Assembly (NCBI GenBank): GCA_012295275.1
Contig: CM022671.1
Location: 11,098,001 to 11,162,000 of the forward strand
Source of the DNA: Chrysomallon squamiferum
Lineage: Eukaryota > Animalia > Mollusca
Reading direction: 5' to 3'
Length of the DNA stretch: 64,000 nt
Below, piece after piece: positions 14,102-29,547 of this stretch; position 1 is the stretch's first letter; the number at the start of each line of letters is the position of its first letter. The notes under the pieces were generated by a model. The model ran no database searches. It saw only the letters and a program-made list of their open reading frames with translations, and was not told the DNA's origin. The position numbers and the translations under genes were made by a program.

Positions 14102-17100
14102 TACATTCGAATGTTTACAAAGTCATACAAAAAAAAACGTTAAGAAAGCAGAAAGCCATGGGGGTCACGTGATTTCGGAGGGTTCAAGTGTCGCCTGGCT
14201 CAGCTGAAAACAACTGATGTCTATCGATTCAGCGAGGAGAAAACTCGGTGACCTCAACTTTTCACAGTCGCTGACCCAGATCAGAGTGTGAGTGTTAGGG
14301 TGGACACGTAGACAGGAGGGGGTCTCTCACTTAAAATGTCCACAAAGAAACGACTGTACATTTTCTAGCAACGATTATCAATTATCTTGTATAATTACAG
14401 CATTAAATATACCACGATAAAGTTACATGATTCTCTGCAACTTTTCAAAAGAAAAAAAACGTTATCATCATTGTTGTCTTTTCCTTCCTGATCTGTAATA
14501 ATCAGACATGTACAGTGCAACATCCAGTTTACTGTACCCTTCCTCTTTGTTCATCGTTTTAAAACAAATCGGAGGACGTTTTGATTGCCTATTATAATAT
14601 TATGTGCTTGATAAAAGAATGTTAAATTAATATCATTAGGTTTTGCAACAAGTTGCTTTTTGGTTTGAGCAAAGATGCCGCAGACAGTCTGTAATATCAG
14701 CAGTTGTTTTTCATGACGCTGCCCCATCCACCTTTGCTTTCAGTTAATCTATCCTCACATCCCTTCTACCCACCTAAAACTTCTAAATCCACACCTAACA
14801 ACAGTCTCCCGCAAAGCCCTGAGTAACATCGCCACAAGTGTAATATCTGAACAATAGATCTGTACAATACAAAGCAGTTTAAGGCAGTTCATGGCGGTTT
14901 GCACAATTTTATTTTTGTTTAATAAACAAGGCTTGTATCAACATGTAAAATATGTTTATTTAATAAGTTCAGTTTAATATGCTCTGTTAGAGAAAATATC
15001 GTTTATAAAAGAATTTCATATGATATTATCCAGAAAGTACACACAGTTATTGGTTGTCACTTGTTATGTAAGCTTATGACAACAAAACACGTTACAAGAA
15101 TGTATCATTTAACAAAAACAAAGGTTGTTGTTAACACTAAATACCGACAGGCAATAAATAATATCTGTCATTTTGTTTACCATCAGAAAGACACAATCTG
15201 TCAATCCTTCTGGCTTCAATAACTGAGGCTAGACTGTGAATGAGTCAGTAAGTTCTGACAGTGATTAAGTTCAGTCAACCACCTTCTCTTATACTTTTAT
15301 TATTATATTTTCCAATTATCGGCTAATTCATAATTAAAACTGTTGAAGCAACAATAATTTTAAAGCGACAACCAGAGACAATCAATGCATGAGTCTTTCA
15401 CTGAATATAATCATTTAATACTGAATGCAGAACGCTGTGGTCTAATATGGTTTTTATTAGTCTAGGATCTTTCTCACATTTTGGCCATATCGACTAACTT
15501 TTTCATTTTTAGGAAATAACAGTGAAAATATGAAAATCAATAACGTTTTAAAAATCATTTATTTGTTAGCTCATTATTGTAACACTTCAAATGACCAATA
15601 CACAATTTTAAACGTTAGGCTGACACCATTTCAAGCTCTGGCTGACAAGTGCATCTATTTAGCACAAAACAGATGAAAGTCATCGACAGTTTCATATATA
15701 TTACGGAAAGCAAAAGACTGAATATTTTGCATTCAGTGGAGTATGTACAGAGTGGAGAGCACACTCAAAGTCATCTGTTAGCGCAGAAGCATCACAAACC
15801 TGCTTCCTCTGATACACGAAGCATTATTTCTCACGTAGTTCCTGCTTTTCGCTGAAGCGGAATAACTGGGTTTTTTAAAGACACTAAAGTTAGCCAACTG
15901 ACTCATTCTGCAGATTTCAAACAGCAGTTAAACGGGTGTTAAGATATAGAAACTGCAGTCTCATTAATGATAGCAAAATATAAATCACACACTCTAGTCT
16001 ACTTCGAATTGATATAATTTTGTAATAACAAGGATGTACTTTGCAGCAGTGAATTGCAATTACACTAAATACAGGAAAACTGAAATCCAGTTAACTAAAC
16101 ACATTGTTGTATGGTGAGATGTTCCTCATCTGACTATTTATGTTTTGATACAATGGAAAAAGGAAAAGAATGTGCAGGCCGAAATATCCTCCTTTGAATA
16201 AAGGACCGGTCAAAAAGTCCTAGGTCCAAACCTACATTCATCTTTAATTTTATATCTCACATCCATTTTGAGTATTTCTCTTTTCTATACAGAGATATTG
16301 ACTTTCTTTTCAGTCAGAAGATGCTTATGAAATATTTTTTATTGTTAATGTGTTCACTGTAATGCCATTTACAGAACTACCATAGAGTCTGAATATTTAG
16401 ACATTTATATCCTCTTAGTGTTATGTTAATGCTTGTCCAAATTCATAACAACAATATTATACTACTACTACTACTACTACTACTAATAATAATGATGATG
16501 ATGATGATGATGTTGATGACTATGATGATGATGATGATGTGAGAAGTAGATGATGAATGTAAGATAGGTGTATACTCGTTTTTAAATTAACAGCTATCTT
16601 ATGTCAGGCTTTTATAGTTCGAATAACATTTGTACAGTTCCTATCTGCTAATCTGCAGTGATCTTTTCTTTCCAGTGACCTTCATAACAATGGTAACAAA
16701 ATCCGTAAGAATACGTCACTAGTTTTGAAATAGATGTCATAAAGTATTGATTGGAAATTGAAAATAATTTAGTCAAACGAATGAGCTTATCTTTGTAAAA
16801 CCTGTTACGTATTAAAATCAGACAATGCTGGATTCGCTTTGTTCAGGATCAGATGAAATATTAATTCTTAAAGATTAGTCTTTGTTTTCTCCGTAGATGA
16901 ATATTTAAATTTTGTTTTATTATTATGCCGTGAACCGGTGAACGTTTGCGTTGTGAGAAATAGTCTGATATTGTTTTATATACAACTGTAGGATTGCATT
17001 AACTTTCACGTGTCAGTCTCAATGTATGATACTGTCTCTTTCTATCTTTCTTACGTATATTTTGTGTAAGATTAGATGTATGTCTGTCATTTTAAGTACT

Positions 17101-17424
17101 AGTCGGATATTATTTACACATACGCACACACACAGACACACAAAGTGAGATATATACGTGTATCTAACTGTACGAGTGTGTTTGTGTTTATGTCTGTTTT
17201 ATACAGTGTGCGTATTTGTGTGTTTGTGTGTGTGTGTGTGTGTTTGCATATATGTGTGTGTGTGTTTGTGTGTGCGTGCGTGTGTGTGTGTGTGTGTGCC
17301 CTGATAGGTGAGGGCGTACACAGATAAACAGTTTTTTTTTGTATGTTTAAGGTGCTCCTAATTAGGATGCGTTTAATCAGATATGCCACGCCCTGGAGCT
17401 TTGCTCAAAATTGTCTGTGACCCC

Positions 17425-20170
17425 ATATAGCTGTGTTTTTATATCTCTGTGTTTTTAAAACTCTGTATCTAGCTGTGTTTTTATATCTCTGTGTTTTTAA
17501 AACTCTGTATCTAGCTGTGTTTTTATACCTCTCTATCTAGCTGTGTCTTTATACCTCTGTATTTAGCTGTGTTTTTAAAGCTTTGTATTTAGCTGTGTTT
17601 TTATACCTCTGTATTTAGCTGTGTTTTTATATCTCTGTATGTAGCTGTGTTTTTAAAGCTCTGTATTTAGCTGTGTTTTTATACCTCTGTGTGTAGGTGT
17701 ATTTTTATACCTCTGTATTTAGCTGTGTTTTTATACCTCTGTGTGTAGCTGTGTTTTTAAAGCTCTGTATTTAGCTGTGTTTTTATACCTCTATGTGTAG
17801 GTGTATTTTTATACCTCTGTATTTAGCTGCGCTTTTATACCTCTCTGTGGAGCTGTGTTTTTATACCTCTGTATGTAGCTGTGCTTTTATAGTTCTATTT
17901 GTAGCTGTGTTTATATATCTCCGTATGTAGCCGTGTTTTTATACTTCTGGGGTGTAGCTGTGTTTTTGTACTTCTGTATGTAGCTGTATTTATATATCTC
18001 AATATGTAGCTGTTCTTTTAAAGCTCTGTGTGTAGCTGTGTTTTTATACCTCTGTGTGTAGCTGTGTTTTTATACCTCTGTGTGTAGCTGTGTTTATATA
18101 TATCTGTATATAGCTGTGTTTTTAAAGCTCTGTATATAGCTGTGTTTTATACTTCTGTATGTAGCTGTGTTTTGTTTATATACCTCTGTATATAGCTGTT
18201 TTTTGAAGCTCTGTGTTTTTATACCTCTGTATTTAGGTGTGTTTTTAAACATCTGTTTATAGCTGTTTTTATACCTCTGTTATTAGGTGTGTTTTTAAAC
18301 ATCTGTTTATAGCTGTGTTTTTATACCTCTGTATATAGCTGTGTTTTTATACGTCTGTATTTAGCTGTATTTTTTATACCTCTGTATTTAGCTGTGTTTT
18401 TATACCTCTATTTATCAGCTGTGTTTTTTTTTATACCTTTTATCAGGTATATAGCTGTGTTTTATTTAGCTGTGTTTTTATACCTGTATATAGCTGTGTA
18501 TATAGCTGTGTTTTTATACATCTGTTTATAGCTGTGTTTTTATACCTCTGTATTTAGCTGTATAGCTGTGTTTTATACCTCTGTATTTGCTGTGTTTTTT
18601 ATACCTCTGTTTAGCTGTGTTTTTTAGCTGTGTGTGTTTTTATACCTCTGTATATAGCTGTGTTTTTATACCTCTGTTTATATAGTATGTGTGTTTTTTT
18701 ATACCTCTGTATTTAGCTGTATTTTTTATCTCACCTGTTCTTTTAAAGCTCTGTGTGTAGCTGTGTTTTTATACCTGTGTGTTGTTTTTATACCTCTGTG
18801 TGTAGCTGTGTTTATATATATGTATTTAGCTGTGTTTTTTATACCTGTATATAGCTGTGTTTTTTATTTAGCTGTGTTTTATACCTCTGTATTTAGCTGT
18901 TTTTTATACCTGTGTTTTTACCTCTGTATTTGTGTTTTTAAACATCTGTTTATAGCTGTTTTTTAGCTGTTATTAGGTGTGTTTTTAAACATCTGTTTGT
19001 ATTTAGCTGTGTTTTTTATACCTGTATTTTAGCTGTGTATTTAGCTGTGTTTTTATACCTCTGTATTTAGCTGTGTTTTTATACCTCTGTATATAGCTGT
19101 GTTTTTATACCTCTGTATATAGCTGTGTTTTTATACCTCTGTTATATCTGTGTTTTTATACCTCTGTATCTGCTGTGTTTTTATACCTCTGTATTTTGTG
19201 TTTTTATACCTCTGTATTTAGCTGTGTTTTTATACCTCTGTGTTTTATATTTAGCTGTGTTTTTATACCTCTGTGTTTTATACCTCTGTATTTAGCTGTG
19301 TTTTTATACCTCTGTATTTAGCTGTGTTTTTATACCTCTGTATTTAGCTGTGTTTTTATACCTCTGTTATTTAGTGTGTTTTTATACCTCTGTATTTAGC
19401 TGTGTTTTTATACCTCTGTATTTTTACCTCTGTATTTAGCTGTGTGTTTTATACCTCTGTATTTAGCTGTGTTTTATACCTCTGTATTTAGCTGTGTTTT
19501 TATACCTCTGTATTTAGCTGTGTTTTTATACCTCTGTATTTAGCTGTTTTTATACCTCTGTATTTGCTGTGTTTTTATACCTCTGTATTATAGCTGTGTT
19601 TTATACCTCTGTATTTAGCTGTGTGTTTTTATACCTCTGTTTTATAGCTGTATTTTTTATACCTCTGTATTTAGCTGTGTTTTTATACCTCTGTATTTAG
19701 CTGTGTTTTTATACCTCTGTATTTAGCTGTGTTTTTTATACCTCTGTATTTAGCTGTGTTTTTATACCTCTGTATTTAGCTGTGTTTTTATACCTCTGTA
19801 TTTAGCTGTGTTTTTATACCTGTATTTAGCTGGCTGTGTTTTATACCTCTGTATTTAGCTGTGTTTTTATACCTCTGTATTTAGCTGTGTTTTTATACCT
19901 CTGTATTTAGCTGTGTTTTTATACCTCTGTATTTAGCTGTGTTTTTATACCTCTGTATTTAGCTGTGTTTTTTATACCTGTGTATTTAGCTGTGTTTTTA
20001 TACCTCTGTATTTAGCTGTGCTGTGTTTTTATACCTCTGTATTTAGCTGTGTTTTTTATACCTGTATGTGTTTTTATACCTCTGTATTTAGCTGTGTTTT
20101 TTATACCTGTGTATTTAGCTGTGTTTCTATACCTCTGTATATAGCTGTGTTTTTAAAACTCTGTTATCAG
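17425..20170. repeat. 26-bp minisatellite array, ~2.7 kb (~100 copies)
   Basis: Consensus atacctctgtatttagctgtgttttt with substitution variants and indels. Confidence 0.97.
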
Positions 20171-20689
20171 GTGTGTTTCTATGCGACTGGTGCGAGACGA
20201 CGGTACAAATAACACGTATTAGAAGTTTACTCTGTGACACCAGTTTTAACAGGTTTTTGCTTCACCGATCTGATCAGATTGTGCGACTGGCCGCGGGTTT
20301 GCTGACTCAGCTAACCTCGACAAGGTTTTGTTGCAGTTGTTGTTGTAGTTGTTGAATTCCCAGACAGCACACCTGGAGAAAGCAGACACGTTATTCACAC
20401 GAACAAACTGTGACTCATACACATGTCATTATTTGTTGCCATCCACTTCTACTTATTTTTTCAACATCTGCTTATCTCTCTTTCACTTTTTTTCTCTCTA
20501 AAGCTTACATAATTTTTTTTATCAAAAACACATGTAACTAGCTACTGATAAAGAATGGCTTAAGGAGGGTTTGAAAAGTTTCAGTATTAATCTTTATAAT
20601 TTTAAATATACAAAATGAGGTAAATCGACTCGAGTGAGAAGAGACTAGATGACAGAACTGAAGTGTGATACGCCATGAGATCGAGTCTT

Positions 20690-20810
20690 CACAGTGTCTT
20701 TATTGATCTGATTCCGTTTCTCACAACTGGTTTATCAAAGGCCGTGGAACGAGCTTAATGAATCATCTTGACTGGAAAAATATGTAGAGATGTTGTTAAA
20801 TACATATTTT
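20690..20810 (+). mobile_element. Possible degenerate SINE fragment
   Basis: gtttctcacaactggtttatcaaaggccgtgg...ggaaaaatatgtag...gttgttaaa resembles, from memory only, the body of an abundant gastropod tRNA-derived SINE; heavily deleted and not checked against any library. Confidence 0.35.
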
Positions 20811-21823
20811 TTCATTCAGATTAGAGAACAAATCAGTGATGACACTGTTTTGTTCTGACCAGAAGGAAAACACGTTAAAAGTATACTATGGACATTCACG
20901 GATAATAAAACAAAAGAATATGAAATTTCTCTGCAGTTTATACATTTGCTTTGAGACAAAAAACAACTAGTTGTTCGAGACTATAGAGAGCTCACCCGAA
21001 ATGTTAAACAAAATGGAAAATGCACTCTGCCAGACAAATTATATCATATAAGAGATTTTATTTATATATTTAACAAAAGCATACATGTAAATATGGCCGT
21101 TATAAAAGAAAATTCTGGTAAGTATTACGAGTGAACCTCAAGAAGGCAGAAAAAAGTTTTCTTTCTCGTAATACAAATAAATGAGCGTACATTCACACAA
21201 AAGTAATTATATCTACGCCAGCGTTTTAATAACGGGAGAAAAATGACACCAATTGAAAATTATTCCAAAGTTAAGCCCCCCTAAGTAAAGTTTTGTGTAA
21301 AGCTGACACCAAAACAGTAAAACCACCTTAACCTTTGAATTATGAAGTGTGCAATCTGATATACAGAATAACCTGAAAAATAAAAAATAACACTATCCAG
21401 AATAAAAACCAAAAAATGAATAGTGTCAGTTTTTTTAATTTTAGAGTTAGCAACTGTCCAGAGGGTAAACTAGCGGAGAGCCAGTGACTACAACAGTGAG
21501 AAACACATTTTCTGAACAGGCGATATGCATTTCCCCCTGAGCGTAACAGACGATAATTTGTTCTGAATGTGCAATATATTTGCAACAATTAAATAATAGC
21601 AAATGTCGATGTATTAGCCACACTGGCACTGATCATCACCGAAAAGAAATTAGTTGTGACAGAAATTGTGGAAAAGTGGATTTTGACCAGATCTATCAGT
21701 TATTATTAATAGGCCAAGTGTTTGTAACTGCGTTAGTTATCGGCTTAGTGCCTGGGTCCATCCGAGTCCTGAGAATACTTAATGCATCCCAGAGCAGTTA
21801 TTTATTTAGATTACTTTTTATAA

Positions 21824-22700
21824 CACACACACACTCTCCTGTATACAGATACCATATATACACATACATATAAACTCATACACACACACACACTCCTGTA
21901 TACAGATACCATATATACACATACATATAAACTCATACACACACACTCTCCTGTATACAGATACCATATATACACATACATATAAACTCATACACACACA
22001 CACTCCTGTATACAGATACCATATATACACATACATATAAACTCATACACACACACTCTCCTGTATACAGATACCATATATACACATACATATAAACTCA
22101 TACACACACACACTCCTGTATACAGATACCATATATACACATACATATAAACTCATACACACACACACTCCTGTATACAGATACCATATATACACATACA
22201 TATAAACTCATACACACACACACTCCTGTATACAGATACCATATATACACATACATATAAACTCATACACACACTCCTGTATACAGATACCATATATACA
22301 CATACATATAAACTCATATACACACACACACTCCTGTATACAGATACCATATATACACATACATATAAACTCATACACACACACACTCCTGTATACAGAT
22401 ACCATATATACACATACATATAAACTCATACACACACACTCCTGTATACAGATACCATATATACACATACATATAAACTCATACACACACACACTCCTGT
22501 ATACAGATACCATATATACACATACATATAAACTCATACACACACACACACTCCTGTATACAGATACCATATATACACATACATATAAACTCATATACAC
22601 ACACACACTCCTGTATACAGATACCATATATACACATACATATAAACTCATACACACACACACACTCCTGTATACAGATACCATATATACACATACATAC
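21824..22700. repeat. ~54-60-bp minisatellite, ~15 copies, with an embedded variable (CA)n
   Basis: Unit (ca)n-ctcctgtatacagataccatatatacacatacatataaactcata. Confidence 0.96.
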
Positions 22701-23916
22701 AATCAAACATACACATACTACATACAGGCATAAACACAAGTACATACAAACAAATATTCAGACATACACAAACACAAAAACAAAAACACATATATACATC
22801 GACATATACGACTATATTTTTCTTGTACCAGTTTGTATAAACGATAATGCAAAATATGAAAGCCATTAGAGCCAAGAGTATACATTTGCAGCGGTTTTTA
22901 TTTATCAATTTCAATTGTTTATAAAACACACACCGTTACGTTTCGCTGGTTGGAATGGGAAATCAATCAACGGAAGTTATTAGAGATTTCACTCTGCCTT
23001 CAAGAACCAACACGAACTGGACTCTTTACATCAGTCTTAAAATCTTCGTGAAAAACTGACGAGTCATCGAAATTTGTTTGCTTTTTTATTTAAAAAAGAT
23101 TAAAAAAAACAAACTAAAAAAAGACCACTGGTTTCCGATAAGAACATTTTCTAAATGTCTTGCTATCATAAAGCAAGTATGTTCATTCACAACATGTCGT
23201 CTGGTGTCGTTCAGAGATTAAGAGTTTCTTGTTATCTAAACAAGTCTTACTTACTGAACTTCAATTAACAAAACATGGCGTACGTCCATAGCCACTCAGT
23301 CATGACAGATACCGACGTCATCAACACAACATTCATGATTCATTGTTGTTGATGTTGTTGTAGCAGTGGTTATTGCAGTACTCTCTGTGTACTAATACAA
23401 AAACATTAACAGACCAAAAATAGAAAAGGCGCCCTGCAGCATACACGTTAGATTTGGATACGTTTTCATCCGAGAAACCAGATGTTGCTGACGGTTTCTG
23501 AATCTCTTATCTAAAAGAATATTTCTCTACTTTATTATTTATGATTAAAACATTTGATTAGTCTGCAGATTCTCGCCCTGAATCGTGCCCAATCGAAACA
23601 ATCTGTGAAACAAATGAAGTAAAATAAGCACGTCTTGTCAACTACGTGGTAGTTTCATTCAACACCGGCTGGAAGTGACGACCTCTTACTCGTGTATCTA
23701 TTTTCTATTGTACCTATCAGCTGCGTTTATGTTTTAGCGTTTACACAGTGCAGTAAGGTGGTTAGTCTGTTTACAACAATTTTCTTCTTGCCTTGAAAAT
23801 CATTTACGTTATTATTCTTTTTTTCTTAAATTTTTGTTTTTGTTTTTTTTGTTTTGTCCAATAATTATGCAGGTATGCGCCTCTGTCGTATGTTGGTTGT
23901 GCTATCAACATCTGTT

Positions 23917-23957
<41 letters not shown>

Positions 23958-24080
23958 CACATCTGTAGCTCACTGGGAATGCTATTAAGCTCGCAGCTAT
24001 CCAACTGAGAATAACATAACAATATTATTAGTACTACTACTGTTTCTACTACCACTGTTGTTGCTGCTGCTGCTATTATA

Positions 24081-24126
<46 letters not shown>

Positions 24127-24628
24127 ATAATAATAATAATAATAATAATAATTTTTTCAGTAACACTTTGTTTCGCCCAGTCAAAGCCAGCTGCTGACAA
24201 CCTACCAGTAACGAAAATGTTCTTAGCAATTAGTTCTGTGTTGTGTAAAAAAGTTACTTGTAACACAAAATGTCGTGCGAGATAAAATGCTGTGACATTT
24301 ACACTGCTGTCATTGCAGTTGTCTCACATGACATCAGTTCCTTTTCGCAATAAAGCTAATATTTTCTTCATGACATAAACACAATATGAAATCACCGAAG
24401 CAGAACTAATTTGAAGAAAATCACCCTGACATTTAATTTTTTTTCCTATATTTGTTTCCCCCAGTTTTCGCGGGGAATAACAAAACAACCTCGTGGAGGG
24501 GTCGTAGTTGTGGACTTTCTTTCAGTTATGCTGCGTGTGACATTTTTATCAGCTGCACGGCTTCAGTTATACGTCATTAACTCAGACGATGAATTACAAA
24601 CTGTATGTGTCATAATGAATGCGATAAG

Positions 24629-24650
24629 CACACACACACAACACACACAC

Positions 24651-24723
<73 letters not shown>
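24629..24723. repeat. (CA)n microsatellite
   Basis: Directly visible. Confidence 0.95.
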
Positions 24724-24725
<2 letters not shown>

Positions 24726-24799
24726 GTGTTATTAGTTCTTTGTGAGAATATTTTAACATTTTAGTTTTATTCACCGATGTCTATTTAAGGATCTTTACA

Positions 24800-24844
<45 letters not shown>

Positions 24845-25103
24845 AAACATACTACATACATACATTCATTAATTTATTTTTTTTAACAGATAATGGTTTT
24901 GCTCGTTTTAATAATAACAGCTATAAATTACCATCAGCCACAGCTGCATTGGTTTTAGTGTTGAAAAACATTGATTACTGAGCGGGAAGATGAGGTCAAT
25001 ATCAGATGCGTGATTCTCTATAAATTACTGCAGACGTTAAGAACAAGAAATGTACCGTATTTATCGATTCTTTGACTTATGATCAGGTCAATATCACACC
25101 ATT

Positions 25104-25105
<2 letters not shown>

Positions 25106-25186
<81 letters not shown>
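25106..25186. repeat. (CT)n microsatellite
   Basis: Directly visible. Confidence 0.95.
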
Positions 25187-25189
<3 letters not shown>

Positions 25190-26689
25190 AAATATATGCG
25201 TACATACCCAGAGATATGCAAACAAACCTACATGTTTTCCTTTCTATTTCTCATTTTGCCCTTTTAATTTTTTTCACGGTTTATGATATATATATAGATA
25301 TAGTAGTTCTTTGATTTAACACTGAGATTTTCTTAAATGATGAACGACTGTACTTAAAAGGTCATCGTAACCTAACGAAAAAAGCCGATAATTTCCGAAT
25401 GTTGGTGATACGTGACAAATTTGTCTCACATGTGCTTTCTGCTAACAACATTGCTCTCAAGACACATACTGTAAATTTTCTCCTTATTGCCCGCCCGTCT
25501 TGTCTAGCTTCTTAAGCGTGGCTCTGATTTTCCACCTCAGGTCAGTTTAGCCATGAGCGCCTGGGTTAGGAACCTCGCTACATAATCTTTCTGCATTATT
25601 ACCACTAATTAATCAAACTGAGTGATAAACTCTCTGTACCAACTGTCCTTTTTCAAACAAAATATTACGCAAAGGATACATTTATATATGGTATTTTAAC
25701 CCTGACTTCATGAAACACAACTACAATTACTACAATTACTACTACTACTGCTATTACTACTACTGCTATTACTACTGCTGCTTTTACTACTACTGATTTT
25801 ACTACTACTACTATTAGAATGAGAAGTGGTAGCAGTAATAACATTAACAATATAACAACAGACCACTCAACATGAAAATCGCAAGACAGCCATATTAAAA
25901 AGAAAGGTCTGTCAAAGAAATAATATAAATCCTAGATAACTGTAAATAAAAATGTGCGAATTTTGAAAATCAACAGAAGAAAGCAGAAAGATTAAAACAA
26001 CTTCAAAGAGATTAAGAAATATAGTCCGATGTATACATTACAGTATGCAAATAAACTAAAAATAAATGCATGTGCGTGTGCATGTGTGCATAAGTTTTTT
26101 TGCGTGTGTAAGTGTATCACAAAAAGTAAAATAACTATATTGTATCAATACATTATGTAGTTAGGAGTGGGATCACGTGAATAAAATAACGAAAATAATT
26201 TATTAACACGAAAGTAAGATAAATCGTTAGATTAAAAAAAAAGTAAAATACAAATACGTGGGTCTGCACCTGTGACTATATATATTTATTTATTTATTTA
26301 TTTATTTATTTTGTTTATGTATTTTTCTTTATTATTATTATTAGTATTATTCTTCTTTTTATTATTATTATATATTTATTTTTTTTTTCTTTTTTAAATA
26401 TTTCAGGTCATCTGTGCTGTTCCTTTGTTAATCTTTTAATCACTACATCTACGTGCGCATGTACTTGTGCAGATTACAGCTGTCAGTGTGCACTGTAAAG
26501 TCTCGTACAGCACATCACACTGGTATACCGTCACACGAGACGTTAATTGAAGATTTCATTTAATTTATTAAATACGGTAATCGACCTAGCGTTAGCTGTT
26601 TTGTCCGACCTTGCTCAATCCAATAATAAGTGAACTTGTTTATGAACACAGCATGTGGTCGATATGCCATTTGTCTGTTATACAAAGAC

Positions 26690-26692
<3 letters not shown>

Positions 26693-26773
<81 letters not shown>
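26693..26773. repeat. (AG)n microsatellite
   Basis: Directly visible. Confidence 0.95.
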
Positions 26774-26775
<2 letters not shown>

Positions 26776-27760
26776 ACAAAAAGAGATTAATTATCTTATT
26801 TCATGCGTAACAATAATGAGGTCTATAAAAAACTATCAGAGAAAGAATGTTAGAAATAAACCAAGTAAAAAAAAAAAAAAAAAGAAAAGGGAAAAAAAGA
26901 AAGAAAGAAAGGAAAAGGAAAAAAGAAAAAAAGAAAGATGAACAAATGAAAGAAAGAAAGAAGTCCTGTGTACTTGATAACCTGATAACGCGTAGGGTGG
27001 TATATTTTAACTAAATGTCCTCCTGATTGACTTGATACGTTTCGAGTTACCGAGGTCATACAAAACTCTTATCGCAGGGTCCGATCTGTTATTTCAGAAA
27101 AGAGGGATTACCAACCTGACAGTGAATATATTTTAACAGGAAATTAAAAATAATAGAAAGAGGGTAAAAAATGGATCCAGAAGGGAATATGATATAATTT
27201 CATTACATTAAAGAAAGAAACTAATTTCATTATAATAAAATAACATCATAAACAAGGGCAAGTAGACTACGAGTTGTTCTATCTAAGCACGTGTCGATAA
27301 CACACGTAGATGTGTCTGTAACTAAGATATATTCTTAAGTGCGCATGTCACAAAACTGAAATGTAGTGTTTGATAATTCCCTCACTAGATGATTTATTCA
27401 TACCTTTTATTTCTATTTTTTTTTTTTTTTTTTTTTTTTCCTTCTTTTTCTTCCTTATCAAGAGAGATTAAAAATAGCATTAATTTAATTTGACGTTATC
27501 TTTCTAACTTTCTTTCTTTCAGGTTAGAAAACAGGTTTAATATTAGCATGGTGATATACTGATACTGATATTCTTGCAGGCGATAGTAGGAACAATTTAA
27601 GAGTTTATACAGAATCATTTAGTATGCATTACAAATATAAGTATGCCTAATACGTTTATTTGTACATCAGGTTTTGTGTGTGTCTCTACATAATATATAT
27701 AGAATTATGAACAGGTATTTGGTGCGCGTTGTGTGTATGTCTATGAAAGAGCTTTTGATA

Positions 27761-27780
27761 TGTGTGTGTGTGTGTGTGTG

Positions 27781-27856
<76 letters not shown>
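27761..27856. repeat. Compound (TG)n(AG)n microsatellite
   Basis: Directly visible. Confidence 0.95.
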
Positions 27857-27859
<3 letters not shown>

Positions 27860-28389
27860 TGTTTGTGGAACTGTTTATAAAGTGTTTGTATCTGAGAGTG
27901 GTTCTCTACATGAATGCGGATGTCTGAGTCTAGTGTTATTTTTAATATGTTTCTCTACGGCGTGATGATAATAGTAGTATTTGTATAAGTGTATGAATGA
28001 GCAATTGTATGAATCAGGTATTTATTGCACGAGGATCAACGGAAACTGCAAAGAAATATGATTACGAAATATCGTATTCGATTCTAAGAAACTAACGCAG
28101 TGGCACAACAATAGCAATAACAACAAGAAGAAAAAATAAAAAAGAAGACAGCAAAAGAATGAGAAAAAAGAACAAAATGACAAATAAATAAACGTATAAT
28201 TTTTCTTTTGGTTACACAGTAATGAAGAGATCGGAGTTTTGTGATTAATCCTATTAGTAAGTTGCAACATGAACGCTGCGGCTTATTAACGCCACGTTGT
28301 TATGTGTGTGGCTGAATTATCACCAGAACAATACAGTATCTTATTACAGGCTTTCCTGAGAGGTAATTAACTTACTTTTTATACGACTT

Positions 28390-28494
28390 TAGCAGTAGTA
28401 ACAACAAAACAACAACAATAGTAGCAGTAAAAGTAGTAGTTGCAGCAGAAGCAGCAACATTAGTAGTAGTAGTAATAGTAGCAAATTGTAGTAA

Positions 28495-28529
<35 letters not shown>

Positions 28530-28640
28530 ATAGCTGCAATAATAATAACAGCAGCATAGTAGTATTAGTAGTAGTAACAGCAGTAAGAGAACTAGTAGTA
28601 TTGGTAACAACAATGGCAGTAGAAAATTGTAATAACAGTA
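28390..28640. repeat. Imperfect (AGT)n/(AGC)n trinucleotide repeat
   Basis: Directly visible. Confidence 0.88.
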
Positions 28641-29492
28641 AAAGTAAAATAAATGAATTAATGAATATTTGTTTAGCAATATGTCAAATTATTTTGTGTG
28701 CTTGATTTTTATGGTTTCAATATATGAACATTATGTTTTTTTATCATTATTTTAGTTTTTGTTAAGTTTTGGGGGGAGAATTTTGTTGTTTTGGGGGGTT
28801 ATTAGCATCTTTTATAAGCATCATTTCGTTGACAAAATGTATCCTGGATATATATTTGAGCGGATACATAAAATAATAAAAATTTAAACTCTAAACCTGA
28901 AATTTGCCAATTTCTATTGGTCTTTGAAAAATGTGTCGAGATTGAACAGTAATTAATATTATTTTCTCTATAACACATCCAGTGTTTCTCAGACTCGACT
29001 TCTTCCTCTCAGTATCATTTATACACTGATAATAAAAAATGAGTATCCAACATGATGATAACAACAGATATATGACCAAACAAAGCGGAATGTCAATATT
29101 ACAAAATAATATTCATCTGAATTCAAGTTCTTCAACGTCACTTTAAGCATAAATAATAAAAATGAAGAACAAAACATACACAGACTAACACGTCCACACA
29201 CAACACAAGCCAGACGACACACAATACAATACACAACATACAGATTCACAAATGTAGAGAGCAGGCAAATTATACATATATATGTAATTACGTAATTCTT
29301 CAAACTAACTGTCGTTTTTGCTTCTGTAATCAAAATACATCGTGAATATTTTCTAGAATAGTAATCTAAAATACATTCAGTGTGTATGTGTGGGGGGTCG
29401 GTGGGGGGTTGGTGGGGGGGTCTGATGAACTAACCAGAGACTGCGACTTCCCCACTGTGGACAGTTTCAGCGACCAAAGGTTTATTATTTTT

Positions 29493-29547
<55 letters not shown>

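Noticed and set aside
12071-22700. Regularly spaced repeats superficially like CRISPR arrays
   Set aside because: Head-to-tail tandem units without unique spacers, no cas genes, eukaryotic context.
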